Source: Octopus bimaculoides
Taxonomy: Eukaryota
Assembly: GCF_001194135.2 (NCBI RefSeq)
Contig: NC_069003.1
Coordinates: 21,516,014 to 21,552,158, forward strand
Direction: 5' to 3'
Length of the DNA stretch: 36,145 bases
Position numbers and translations under genes: made by a program. Below the pieces are notes generated by a model that was not told where the DNA came from, did no database searches, and saw only the letters and a list, made by a program, of their open reading frames with translations. Shown here in pieces: positions 10,509-22,542 of the stretch (the first letter of the stretch is position 1; each line of letters begins with the position of its first letter).

Positions 10509-10892
10509 GTGGAGGCACAATGGCCCAGTGGTAAGGGCAGTGGACTCGCGGTCATAGGATCGCGGTTTCGATTCCCAGACCGGGCGTTGTGAGTGTTTAT
10601 TGAGCGAAAACACCTAAAGCTCCACGAGGCTCCGGCAGGGGATGGTGGCGAACCCTGCTGTACTCTTCCACCACAACTTTCTCTCACTCTTACTTCCTGT
10701 TTCTGTTGTGCCTGTGATTCAAAGGGTCAGCCTTGTCACACTGTGTCACGCTGAATATCCCCGAGAACTACGTCAAGGGTACACGTGTCTGTGGAGTGCT
10801 CAGCCACTTGCACGTTAATTTCACGAGCAGGCTGTTCCGTTGATCGGATCAACTGGAACCCTCGATGTCGTAAGCGACGGAGTGCCATCATC
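10509..10892 (+). mobile_element. Young tRNA-derived SINE family C, full length
   Basis: A-box tggcccagtgg, B-box gtttcgattcc. TSD agtcaaaagt (10499-10508) / agtcataagt (10893-10902). Highly similar to 22543-22856 and 28546-28930. Confidence 0.95.
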
Positions 10893-10959
10893 AGTCATAA
10901 GTAGACACAAGCACCTTCTAGACTCTTCCACCCTTTGATCCATTCAAAGATCCAGGATG

Positions 10960-11070
10960 TGACAAGGGGACTGCAGCAGCACCCAGATGGTACTCACTAC
11001 AACTGAGTAGACTGGAGATGATGGGAAATGAAGTACCTTGCTCAAGGACACAATGCATTGCCCAATCCAC
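10960..11070 (-). mobile_element. SINE family E fragment (MetaSINE-like central domain)
   Basis: Reverse complement reads gtgtccttgagcaaggtacttc..ctccagtctactcagttgtagtgagtacc. The resemblance to the Meta domain is from memory of the consensus and unverified. Confidence 0.5.
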
Positions 11071-11725
11071 TCACATACATAAAGTACATCATCAACATCG
11101 TCATTTAACGCTTGTCTTCCAAGCTGACATCCGTCGGACAGTTTGACAGGGTCTGATGCATTGGGAGGGCTGTATCATGCACCATGGTTTCTACAGCTGG
11201 ATGTGGAAGGTGCACCCAGTACACACAATAATGCAGTTTGTACTACAAGGGACCACCAGCCATAGAAACCATCCAAAAGACATTGTAGTATGATACAGTC
11301 CTCCAACTTGTTACATCTTGTGCAAATGTCCAAACCCCCACCCTAAGAATATGGTGAACAGACATTATATGATGATCTAGGAATTTTTTCTGCTTTTCTT
11401 TTTGTTGGTGGTGGTGATGGGAGGAGAGAAAAGGTACAAGAGAGATTTAATGCTGTTATTCTTCAATGGATTCCATACTTCCCCTACTCCCTGATAATAA
11501 TCTATAACCATCCTGCCTCTTCATCCCAGAAAAAAAAAATGGAGGCATCAGTACTTATTTCCAGTGAGCTGGAATATCGCTTGGCCTCCTGTCTTAATAA
11601 GGTTATAGAGGCATGACCCTGTAACCTTTGTTCTTATTCAAGCATTCCCATAATTAATTCTTCAACCATTCCACAACATATCTGTCCCCATACACACACA
11701 TATATATATATATACATACATATAG

Positions 11726-11759
<34 letters not shown>

Positions 11760-12049
11760 ACTGACAAAAACAGAACCCAGCACTTATATAGCCTATCTTT
11801 TCAGCTACTGCAATAATAAACTTGGATAATAATATACCTAGCCAAGAACTAACTATCCATATCTTAAATTATACTTTCTGTTTGTGTTGAGCTTAAAAAA
11901 TTATTTATCTAGAAGATATGAAGGTAAAAAAACACAACATATATATATGCTTTTTCTTCACACACAAACATGCATACACACACACACACAACACTTCAGT
12001 ACACCTAGTGCTCATGAAACTATTGCTGTGATGTTTTATATGCATACAC

Positions 12050-12103
<54 letters not shown>

Positions 12104-12334
12104 ATACGTGTGTGTTTACAAATATAGACACATACACTGACACACAAAATTAACAGTTGAGATTTAATTTCCATGTAGTAACAGCGTTATTTATAAACCA
12201 TGATGAAAATATTCAAGGATATACTATAAACCATACAATACAAAGAAATACATGTGTGTGTGTACGTGTGTACGTGTGTGTGTGTCATAAATGAAGCTGC
12301 ATTTAACAACATTTTAGATGTAGCTTTATTTATG

Positions 12335-12525
12335 AGAGTGGTGTGTTCAGGTAGGGGTTATGTGTTGGGGTTGAGCTGTGCAGTGGGGATAAGCAAGAGT
12401 TGTGTGTGGGGTAGGGGGTTACTTGTTGGAGTGGGCAAACTTTTAGGGGGGTAGGGAATAATGTGTTGGGGTAGGATTGTGAGTTGGAGGGAGAGTTATG
12501 TATCGGGGTGGGTTGAGGGTAAACA
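12335..12525 (+). repeat. Degenerate G-rich minisatellite
   Basis: Recurrent ggtagggg(g)tta..tgtgttgggg units. Confidence 0.6.
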
Positions 12526-12659
12526 GTCTTTCTTTTAAAACATATAACCAAAGATCTGGTTACACTCCACACCAACTATACCATTTTCAATTATTTCCTA
12601 AATTAGCCATTTATGTTTTGTTTGGAACCATAAATATATCCCAGATTCCTTTAACGTTC

Positions 12660-13040
12660 CCTGTGTGGTAAGAAGCTTGTTTCCCAACCACATGGTTCTG
12701 GGTTCAGTCCCATTGCTTGGCACCTTGGGCAAATGTCTTCTACTATAGCCTCAGGCTGACCAGAGCTTTGCATGTGGATTTGGAAGATGGAAACTGAAAG
12801 AAGCTTATTGCATACATATATTTATATGTCTACATATGTGTCTTTGTCCCCTGCCATCACTTGACAGCCAGTGCTGTAGTGTTTACAACCCTGTAACTTA
12901 GTAGTTCAGCAAAACAGACTGATGGAATAAGGGCCAGGCTAAAAGAAAAAAGTACTGGGGTTGATCAATTCAACTAAAAGTTCTTCCAGGTGGTGCCCCA
13001 GCATGACCACAGTCTAATAACTGAAACAAGTTAAATAAAA
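12660..13040 (+). mobile_element. SINE family A lacking the long internal microsatellite
   Basis: ctgtgtggtaagaagc..ggttcagtccc..ggtgccccagcatgacc..ctgaaacaag. Confidence 0.9.
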
Positions 13041-13246
13041 GAAATTAAAGACCAACACAATTCCATCTTCAGAAACAACAATTTCCTACATAAAGCAAAA
13101 AGTACTGGGGTTGATCAATTCAACTAAAAGTTCTTCCAGGTGGTGCCCCAGCATGACCACAGTCTAATGACTGAAACAAGTTAAATAAAAGAAATTAAAG
13201 ACCAACGCAATTCCATCTTCAGAAACAACAATTTTCAACATAAAGC
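12947..13246 (+). repeat. Tandem duplication with a 150-bp period
   Basis: 12947-13096 and 13097-13246 differ at 4 positions. The unit covers the SINE-A tail plus unique flank. Confidence 0.95.
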
Positions 13247-13269
13247 ACAACACCAGAAATTCAAAGAAT

Positions 13270-13448
13270 AATCAGTTTAATCAACCTCAGTTCAATACTT
13301 GATTAGTTCTTTATTATAATTAACCCCAAGAAAGAAAGAAGGTGAAGTTGATCTCAGCAGGATTTGAACTCTGAACATAAAGAACCAGAAAAAGACACTG
13401 CAAGGTATTTTGGTCGACACACTAATGATTCTGCAAGGCTTACTACCT
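13270..13448 (-). mobile_element. SINE family B, degenerate
   Basis: aaggtgaagttgatctcagcaggatttgaactctgaac is the reverse complement of the B core. Confidence 0.7.
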
Positions 13449-13524
13449 TTTATCTTCTAAAATAATGGCAGTGCTGGTTTGCCATTGCGAACAACAAACT
13501 TATAGAGGATATTTAAACAAAAAT

Positions 13525-13889
13525 AACAAGAGCACTCAGAGAGTGCAAACCTCTGCCAAGGCAACACCAATGTCCTCTCAACGATTAGCCAGAGATGATT
13601 TTTAAAATGAGAATATCTGAAATAAACTCGACTGCTCTCACAAATGAGAATACTAAAAATGAACCTGACCGCTCTCAAAAATTAAGTTAAAAAACAGGTT
13701 TAAATAATCCAGAATCCTTGGCCGGTACCACATTGATCCCAAAATCTAATCAGTTCATGCCAGTCATGAGGCCAAACATCCCTGAAAGTTTCATCTGAAT
13801 CCATCCTGCGGTTCTTGAGATATCTTGCCCATGGACAAATAAACACGACTGAAAACTATACCTCTGCCTTCGCTAAGGCGGATGTAATA
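13525..13889 (-). mobile_element. Helentron-associated non-autonomous element (HINE/DINE-1-like)
   Basis: Sub-terminal repeat acctctgcc at 13549-13557 and 13860-13868. The latter forms an inverted repeat with ggcggatgt (13877-13885). Terminal hairpin gcactc-aga-gagtgc at 13532-13546. T-rich flanks on the minus strand. Confidence 0.7.
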
Positions 13890-13894
13890 ATAAT

Positions 13895-14377
13895 CTTTTC
13901 TACTATAGGCATGAGGCCTGAAATTTCAAGGAAGGGGGATAGTTGATTACATCAACCCCAGTACTCAACTGGTACTTAGTTTATTGACCCTGAANNNNNN
14001 NNNNNNNNNNNNNNNNNNNNNNNNNNNNNNNNNNNNNNNNNNNNNNNNNNNNNNNNNNNNNNNNNNNNNNNNNNNNNNNNNNNNNNNNNNNNNNNNNNNN
14101 NNNNNNNNNNNNNNNNNNNNNNNNNNNNNNNNNNNNNNNNNNNNNNNNNNNNNNNNNNNNNNNNNNNNNNNNNNNNNNNNNNNNNNNNNNNNNNNNNNNN
14201 NNNNNNNNNNNNNNNNNNNNNNNNNNNNNGTATGCAACTGGTACTTAATTTATCGACCCCAAAAGGATGGAAAGCAAAGACGACCTTGCCAGAATTTGAA
14301 CTCAGAATGCAGCGGCAGATGAAATACCACTAGGCATTTCGCCTGGCATGCTAACAATTCTGCCAACTCACCACCTC

Positions 14378-14378
<1 letters not shown>
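13895..14378 (-). mobile_element. SINE family B copy or copies spanning an assembly gap
   Basis: B tail at 13895-13994. B core and head at 14230-14378. Confidence 0.85.
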
Positions 14379-14411
<33 letters not shown>

Positions 14412-14468
14412 AACTAGAAGATTATCTGTGTTGGTATCATCATCATCATCAACATCATCATCATCAAA

Positions 14469-14531
14469 TCCTTTAACATTCAGATTACTCTGTCAAATTT
14501 AATACTTATGGCCAGTTTAAATGCTAAAGGG
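14469..14531 (-). mobile_element. 63-bp internally deleted derivative of piggyBac-type MITE family F
   Basis: tcctttaacattcagattactctgtcaaattt (one end) is joined to ggccagtttaaatgctaaaggg|ttaa (the other end). Confidence 0.7.
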
Positions 14532-15100
14532 TTAATTGCATGGCCTTGGAAGAACTTTCTGGAGTCATTACTTTATTTGACCAACCACCTGTGGTTTTTG
14601 AATTGTCTGCTCAATCTCCTGTGATGTGTTGGTGACCACCGACATCTGAAGAACCAAAACAAACCCTGATGCCATAACCACTTGACATTGGATGACCCCA
14701 TGGAGTTTCATCTCTTTCAGATCACACCTTTATCAGTAGTTGTAAGGTTCATACATAATGACATTGTTACTAAAACATGAAATTAATGAATGTAGAATAC
14801 AATTACGTATGTTATAGCTAATGAAATATTTCGTATAATAATATAAGAGAAAGGAGTTAAAAATTGTTTAGTATGTGTCATTGTGTCTTTTTTATGTGCT
14901 TGCTCCTCCTCACTTTAGAACCTGACCACACTACTGGAGAAAACAGTGGTCAATACGATTCTGATTATACAAACTAACAGGATGGTGATAGATGAAATGT
15001 CTTGGACTATATGTCAGTTCCATCACAGTCAAACTTCATGTCTATTGATTGCTTACATACACACACAAAGCATCAGATTTGGGTGTATTGATAATTATAG

Positions 15101-15271
15101 GCGCAGGAGTGGCTGTGTGGTAAGTAGCTTGCTTACCAACCACATGGTTTAGGGGTTCATTCCAACTGCGTGGCATCTTGGGCAAGTGTCTTCTACTATA
15201 GCCTCGGGCCGACCAAAGCCTTGTGAGTGGATTTGGTAGACAGAAACTGAAAGAAGCCCGTAATATATATG

Positions 15272-15330
<59 letters not shown>

Positions 15331-15533
15331 ATGTTTGTGTGTCCCACCCAACATCGCTTGACAACCGATGGTGGTGTGTTTACATCCCTGTAACTTAGCA
15401 GTTCGGCAAAATTGACCAATAGATTTAGTACTAGGCTTACAAAGAATAAGTCCTGGGGTCGATTTGCTCGACTAAAGGCGGTGCTCCAGCATGGCCGCAG
15501 TCAAATGACTGAAACAAGTAAAAGAGTAAAGAG
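15101..15533 (+). mobile_element. SINE family A, full length and well preserved
   Basis: gcgcaggagtggctgtgtggtaagtagc ... gactgaaacaagtaaaagagtaaagag. Confidence 0.95.
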
Positions 15534-15946
15534 TATACTGACCCTGTACTTGATTGGCATTTCATTTTATCAACAACCTCACCCTTCTCCAGAAGGATGA
15601 GGTTGTTGATAAAATCACACCACATTGTTGTGAAAAAAGACAAAAAAAATTATAGAGCATATTGGACTGAAAATGCAAAATGAGAGACAGGATGGGCCAG
15701 GCTGGAACATCATTGATTATTGTGTTGCTCAACCAGTGACAAAGTGAGGACTAAACAACAACAACAACAGTATGAACAAGACACAAATCACAGCCTGCCT
15801 TTTCCTCGATGGCTTGAATAAAAGGTGATATCGATGGTGAGCTATTTTTAAGAGGACTAGTTTTGACATGAATGGAATGAGAAACTCGTACAACAATGTT
15901 CCCACGATTATCACCGATGACAACAACAACAATGATGACGATGATA

Positions 15947-15994
<48 letters not shown>

Positions 15995-16251
15995 TAATGC
16001 AGTACAGCAGCAGCAACAATAACAATTGCCACTAGAATGAGGTCGTTTGAACTGAAATTACTTTGATATGTTGAGGAAGGGATGGGGGTGAAATGTGGAG
16101 GTGGGGAGTGGAGTGTTGTGATAATCAAAATGTAAAGAATAATTAAGGGACAAAAAAAAAATATGAAAAGTTATTGATTCCTAATTTAGATAGACACAAA
16201 ATGGCAAATGTTTTGGGAAGGACTTAGAATTTTGGTTACAGTGTTATTTAA

Positions 16252-16471
16252 TCCTTAGCATTTAATTCAGCCACATTTAGCCCAAATATTCTACCTGTTT
16301 TATGTTAAAACTGACCAGATCCAACCTCTCACACCTACACTACAATGTCATTCTAAAAATATACATTCACATAATTAGAAATCTTGAAGCTACAAGGTAA
16401 TGTGTGATTAACTGAAAACAATGTGAATAAATAAGCATTAAATTTGACAGAGTAATCTGAATGCTAATGGG
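16252..16471 (+). mobile_element. piggyBac-type MITE family F
   Basis: TTAA at 16248-16251 and 16472-16475. Ends tccttagcatt / aatgctaatggg. Confidence 0.8.
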
Positions 16472-16489
16472 TTAACCAAGATTAGCACA

Positions 16490-16645
16490 CGTCGATGTGT
16501 GGAAAGAAGTTTGCTTCCCAAACACATGGTTCTGAGTTCAATCGCATTGCATAACACGTTGGGCAAATGTCTTCTACTATAACCTCAGTCCAACCAAAGC
16601 CTTGTGAGTGGATTTAGTAGACAGAAACTGAAAAAAAGCCCATTG
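16490..16645 (+). mobile_element. SINE family A, 5' half
   Basis: gatgtgtggaaagaagtttgcttccc..accaaagccttgtgagtggattt. Confidence 0.8.
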
Positions 16646-17814
16646 TGGGTGTGTATAACAAGAGGAGGGATATAATATCCAGGCAGATACTGAAATTCTC
16701 TAAGTAAAATGCCAACGCAGGTTTCTTCAGACGGTGTATTTTATGGTAAACTTCTTTTAACTCCCATTCAAGGTTACAGTTTCTTTCTTGGCTACTTAGA
16801 GTGTAAATTGTATGTGTATATATATATATATATATATNNNNNNNNNNNNNNNNNNNNNNNNNNNNNNNNNNNNNNNNNNNNNNNNNNNNNNNNNNNNNNN
16901 NNNNNNNNNNNNNNNNNNNNNNNNNNNNNNNNNNNNNNNNNNNNNNNNNNNNNNNNNNNNNNNNNNNNNNNNNNNNNNNNNNNNNNNNNNNNNNNNNNNN
17001 NNNNNNNNNNNNNNNNNNNNNNNNNNNNNNNNNNNNNNNNNNNNNNNNNNNNNNNNNNNNNNNNNNNNNNNNNNNNNNNNNNNNNNNNNNNNNNNNNNNN
17101 NNNNNNNNNNNNNNNNNNNNNNNNNNNNNNNNNNNNNNNNNNNNNNNNNNNNNNNNNNNNNNNNNNNNNNNNNNNNNNNNNNNNNNNNNNNNNNNNNNNN
17201 NNNNNNNNNNNNNNNNNNNNNNNNNNNNNNNNNNNNNNNNNNNNNNNNNNNNNNNNNNNNNNNNNNNNNNNNNNNNNNNNNNNNNNNNNNNNNNNNNNNN
17301 NNNNNNNNNNNNNNNNNNNNNNNNNNNNNNNNNNNNNNNNNNNNNNNNNNNNNNNNNNNNNNNNNNNNNNNNNNNNNNNNNNNNNNNNNNNNNNNNNNNN
17401 NNNNNNNNNNNNNNNNNNNNNNNNNNNNNNNNNNNNNNNNNNNNNNNNNNNNNNNNNNNNNNNNNNNNNNNNNNNNNNNNNNNNNNNNNNNNNNNNNNNN
17501 NATATATATATATATATATAAAATAATGAAGGTGGCTAGACAGAATATAAAACAAAACAGGAAAAATTCAATTGCCATAATAGTGACTGAGGGTTCAGAA
17601 ACGAATAAAAGAATATATATAGGCTTAAGCTTAGCTATCACTCATAAGTGACTATGACAATAAGATACCATGTGCCATGTTCTTGCTAATTGTCATGAAC
17701 TCTGTTGGTTCTCCGACCCTTGTCCTAGTGGAACTTCAATGATTGTGACAACTGGTAGGGAGAAGGAAAGAGAAGGCTGCACCATGCTTGGCTGTTTCAA
17801 CATATTTACAATTG

Positions 17815-17940
17815 AATAAATAAACTGGAGCAATGTGAAAAAAATGTGCATTGCCCAAGGACATAACACACTGCCAGGCAGGAATTGAAATCAAATCCTT
17901 ATGACTGCAAGCCCACCATCCTAAGCACTTGATCATGCGC
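17815..17940 (-). mobile_element. SINE family E, degenerate
   Basis: ctggagcaatgtgaaa..gcccaaggacataacacactgcc..gaattgaaa. Confidence 0.55.
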
Positions 17941-18767
17941 TTATGTCTGTGTTTGTATGCGCATGTGCATNNNNNNNNNNTATATATATATGTGCATGCT
18001 TGCATGCATACATATATATATATATACACACACACACATATATATATATGTATATACATGCATGCACATAAACATACATGCACGCATACATGTTTGATTT
18101 TCGATTGCAACCATTTATTAAATATCTACCTGGAAGGCATCAACTTAGACCAGGTACTTGTGAAAGATTATTGATTAGCTATCAATCTGATCGTGAACCA
18201 ACACATGGAATCGGTATCATTACGTTAGAATTTCTATTGGAAAAATAAAAAGAAAAACAGGAATAACATCAGATGCTGTTATCATCCTCCATGTACATAG
18301 AGCACATTATATATTCATTGCTGAAACCGTTTCTATTATGGTGCTCCGTGTATCGTGTAACCAGCAAATTATCAGTTGCATTAGCATAAAATGTTTACTT
18401 ATATTCAGAACACTGCATCCTCTATTGAGGAAAAAAAGACTAGATAACATGTTTGGTTTAGAGGTTATTGTTGTTTAGCATCAGGTCAGCATTAATATTT
18501 AATCAATACTCTTTGACCTATCTACCTTATGCAGCCGTAAGCACACCAATAATGATAAAAGGTGTTCTAGACAATGCAACCATCTAATCTTTTGGGGTTT
18601 TTTTTTTCTTTTTTGGTTGCTTTGTTGTTTTGTTTTTTGCAGATGATATGCAGCTAGGCTTGTATTATCTGATGTATCCTTCTTGTTTATAAAATAAGAG
18701 TGCAGTAGGCTTATGTGAGAGAGTTTAGAGTTTTGATTGTTATTTCTAGCAGATTGAGCGTCTACAT

Positions 18768-19017
18768 CAGTGGTTCACCCCTGGGGATCCATATAAAATT
18801 TTCAGTATTTTAAGGGCCCCTGAAAAAATTTTGCTTTAGATGTATGTATTGGTTATGTATTGCAAAAACCAGCTGGGTTTCTTTAACATTTTATATAGTC
18901 CAACCTACACAAGTTTCTATAAAACTAGTTTTTTAACATCAAATGGCTATGGGGGTCCACCAGAATAAAAATACTAATCAAAGGGGTCCATAGATTAAAG
19001 ATGCTTGAGAACCCCTG
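18768..19017. mobile_element. hAT (Charlie-like) MITE, 250 bp
   Basis: TIRs cagtggttc / gaacccctg. 8-bp TSD gtctacat / atctacac (6 of 8 match). Confidence 0.8.
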
Positions 19018-19069
19018 ATCTACACAAAGGCCACTAGTGTTTTCAGACCTTTCAAACAGAACAATCTTA

Positions 19070-19700
19070 GGTGCTATGCAGAACTGTCAGTCAATTTTGA
19101 GAAAAGATGTTCTCACTTTTTTTTTTCAATTTATTCTGTGATCAATAACCATGAATGATTTTCATAAAAATAACTAAAATATTTTATGCGATGCAAGCAT
19201 CCAAGTATCAAATTTACTCTCGGTTCCTCTCTTGTATGCTGTTTTATTTGAATTGTTGTACATATGTAAATGCAAATGTTCCAGATAATAAAAATGTATA
19301 GAAACTTATATAAATATTTGTACGGTCATTCTCAACTTCACACATAACCTGGTGAAGTTGAGAACGACCATAATTTATTGCTCAACTTTGCACTTCAATC
19401 TTCCAACAACTTCACACACAGTCTAGTGAAGTTCAGAATGACCACACAAATATTTATATAAGTTTCCATACATTTTTATTACCTGGAACATTTACATTTA
19501 CATATATACATCAATTATTCAAATAAAATGTCATACAAAAGAGGAAATGAGAATAAATGTGATAGTTGCAAGTTCTCATTACATGAAATATTTTAGTTAT
19601 TTATATGAAAATCATTCATGATTATTAATGACAGAATAAATTGAAAAAAAATGAGAGCATCTTATCACGAAACTGACCGACAGAGTTCTGAGTAAGTACC
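19070..19700. mobile_element. Foldback element with ~270-bp inverted arms
   Basis: 19070-19341 is the imperfect reverse complement of 19426-19700. Flanks ctta / tcaa could be degenerate TTAA. Confidence 0.85.
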
Positions 19701-20079
19701 TCAAGCTCTTCTCTTTGGGAGTTCACCACAATGACATTTTATAACTTTTAGCAAAGCTTCTAGAATTTTCAGCAAGACTATTTGTTAATAAAATTCACAA
19801 AACTTATTTCTAAGTCAACTACTAATTTGGTTACCCACCAGTCAATGTGATTGGTCAAACCAAATTTACATAAACATTTTATGGTGATGCAGTCAATTTC
19901 ATGTAGCTGACCTTTGCTTTCAGAGCAATATAGTTATACAATGGACCTAAACTAGGGACACTGAATGAAAGGGGCCAAGCCTGGTAGAGGGAAGGGAGAA
20001 AAATTATATCTTCAAGCTGGAAAGTTGATACGAATACTTGCAACAGAATGAACTCTGCAAAAGAAACCAAAGACCAAAC

Positions 20080-20312
20080 AGTGATGGCAGTGGTGTAAAA
20101 TGGGGTGACAAACCAAATCCACTAACCCTCTAACAGGAGCATAGTTAAGACCGTCCAAAAATCTTCTGCCACAGTTTCTGTCTACCTAATTTCCCTCACA
20201 AGGCTTCAGTCAACACAAGTATTTTGAAAAAGGTGCTATGGAGTAGAATTGAAACCAGAAACCAAGATACCAAGCAATTCGAAAAGCTAACTTCTAAACT
20301 ACTTGGCCATGT
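20080..20312 (-). mobile_element. SINE family A, highly degenerate
   Basis: cagtttctgtctacctaatttccctcacaaggctt matches the reverse complement of the A 5' half. Confidence 0.6.
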
Positions 20313-20942
20313 CAGTTAGAATTTCAGGAAAGAGCTGGGGTAGAGGGAGAAAGAAAATTAAAAATGAGATGTGAGAAGTCTGCTAGATTTAGTGTATTTT
20401 TACAGTTGGAGTTCTTCTGTATTGGCATCAAGAGAAAGCCAATAATTTTCAGAAGCAACAGCCAACTGCTGCTGTAACAAGATTAAAAGAAAGAGGTTGC
20501 AGGAAAGGTATAGTTCCAACAATGGAACCTTATAAGACGGTTGGCTGGCCAGCAAGATGGTTGGATGGTTGGCTGGCAAGATGAACAATAAAGAGGGATG
20601 ATTGATGGTGAGATGAATAACAAGACAAATGATCGAAGAGTTGTGGGATGGATGTAATTTTTGATAACAAGCATTCTTCAGTCTAAATTGATGGAAAACA
20701 ATATGCCAATTTTTTTGTTCCCTTTTTTCTTTTTTTGTTTGCTGAAGAAATGCATTTTAGTTATGCACAATCTTCCTTCTAACTATATATATTAACATGT
20801 ATATATATATAAATATGTGCACACATGTGTGTGTGTATGTATAGATATATATATGTATATACATATGTGCACACATGTGTGTGTGTATGTATATACATGT
20901 GTGTGTGCCTATATATGTGTGTACGTATGTGTGCTCATATAA

Positions 20943-20977
<35 letters not shown>

Positions 20978-21005
20978 GAGATAGATAGATAGACACATAC
21001 ATACA

Positions 21006-21037
<32 letters not shown>

Positions 21038-21647
21038 CATGTACACATACATAAAACCTGTTACTATGCTAAAATCAAATGAAGTTCACTTCACAAACTG
21101 AGCTGCATTCAAGAAATCTAAGCAAAGCTATCAAGTTGCTACATCTCGTTCAAAGTATTGGTTGGTAGTAGCGAATTTTCGAAAGAGCACGATATTTAGC
21201 AGTAAAGAGGGGCAGGGGCGGTACTGGTAGCAGCAGTGGTGGTAGCAGTGGATGGGGTTGTAGTTTAACAGAAGAGAAGGTAAAAAAAAAAACCAAAAAA
21301 AAATCAATAGTCTGTTATAAAATTCCCTGAAAGTTAATATCTTATGAGAAGTCAATGTTATTTTTGAGACTAAATAGCCGCTGCTGCTGCTGGTTACGGT
21401 AATAGCAGCAGCAGTAATAGTAATGATAATAATAATAACAACAACAATAACAATAATTTTAGAATACATATGACTTCTAAGAAATACTATTTTCTTCAGA
21501 TCATTCACAGAAGATCTGCCCAGAAGCAATTCAATCTTCTAACACTTAGCTGAAAATGCCATTTGACAATGATGATGGTGGTGGTGGTGATTCTTTTTCT
21601 TCGTGCAACTTTTGAATTATAGAAGGTATAACATCTATATATATATG

Positions 21648-21724
21648 GGAGAATATACAAATAATAACAACAGACGAGGACAGGTGGTGTAAATAACAAA
21701 AGTATATATTAGTATGACGCTCGG

Positions 21725-21727
<3 letters not shown>
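21648..21727 (-). mobile_element. Family P1 3' fragment, truncated before the hammerhead, in a TA-rich tract
   Basis: aacaacagacgaggacaggtggtgtaaataacaaa..gacgctcgggaat matches 1874-1936. Confidence 0.7.
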
Positions 21728-21763
<36 letters not shown>

Positions 21764-21896
21764 TATATATATATACACACACATATAAAAATATATTTGA
21801 AAGGCTGTGACCTTCATTTCCTTCCCAAGAACGTATTTTTAGCACACATGAAGCATATTTACAAAATGGCATTTACTTTAATTAAGAAAAAGTAGC

Positions 21897-22281
21897 ACAG
21901 GTGTGGCGGTCTAGTTAAGAAGTCTCTTTTGCAGCCACATGATTTCAGGTTCAGTTTCATTGTGTGGCACTTTAGGCAAGTGCATTCTACTACAGCCCCA
22001 CCGAGGTCAACAAGTGCCATGTAAACAAAATTAGGTAGACAGAAAATATTTACAAGTGCACTATATACATATATATATACATATATATACGTACAGTAGT
22101 GGCTGTGTGGTAAGTAGCTTGCTTACCAGCCACATGGTTTCAGGTTCAATCCCACTGCATGGCACCTTGCGCAAGTGTCTTCTACTATAGCTTCGGGCTG
22201 ACCAAAGTCTTGTGAGTGGATTTGGTAGACAGAGATTGAAAGAAGCTCATCATATGTATGTATGTGTATGTGTATGTGTAT
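21897..22281 (+). mobile_element. Two tandem SINE family A 5' halves, the second running into a gap
   Basis: A degenerate head at 21897-22065 and a well-preserved head at 22093-22281. Confidence 0.85.
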
Positions 22282-22542
22282 NNNNNNNNNNNNNNNNNNN
22301 NNNNNNNNNNNNNNNNNNNNNNNNNNNNNNNNNNNNNNNNNNNNNNNNNNNNNNNNNNNNNNNNNNNNNNNNNNNNNNNNNNNNNNNNNNNNNNNNNNNN
22401 NNNNNNNNNNNNNNNNNNNNNNNNNNNNNNNNNNNNNNNNNNNNNNNNNNNNNNNNNNNNNNNNNNNNNNNNNNNNNNNNNNNNNNNNNNNNNNNNNNNN
22501 NNNNNNNNNNNNNNNNNNNNNNNNNNNNNNNNNNNNNNNNNN

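Noticed and set aside
10509-10580. tRNA-like sequences at the heads of families A, B, C and E
   Set aside because: They retain A and B boxes but run into SINE bodies and lack a complete cloverleaf, so they are not called tRNA genes.
10313-10687. Repeated ORF MRESCG(G/E)RVQQGSPPSPAGASWSFRCF, also at 22250-22648
   Set aside because: Antisense reading of SINE family C. The recurrence reflects the repeat.
12947-13246. CRISPR-like interpretation of the tandem duplication or SINE trains
   Set aside because: Eukaryotic context, no short constant repeats with unique spacers, and no cas genes.
16700-16735. CUGAAGA on the minus strand
   Set aside because: No stem II or GAAAC follows. At most a half motif next to a SINE.
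20404-20471. Possible 68-nt minus-strand exon (QQLAVASENYWLSLDANTEELQ)
   Set aside because: Weak donor (gtaaaa), no recognisable homology and no phase link to other candidates.
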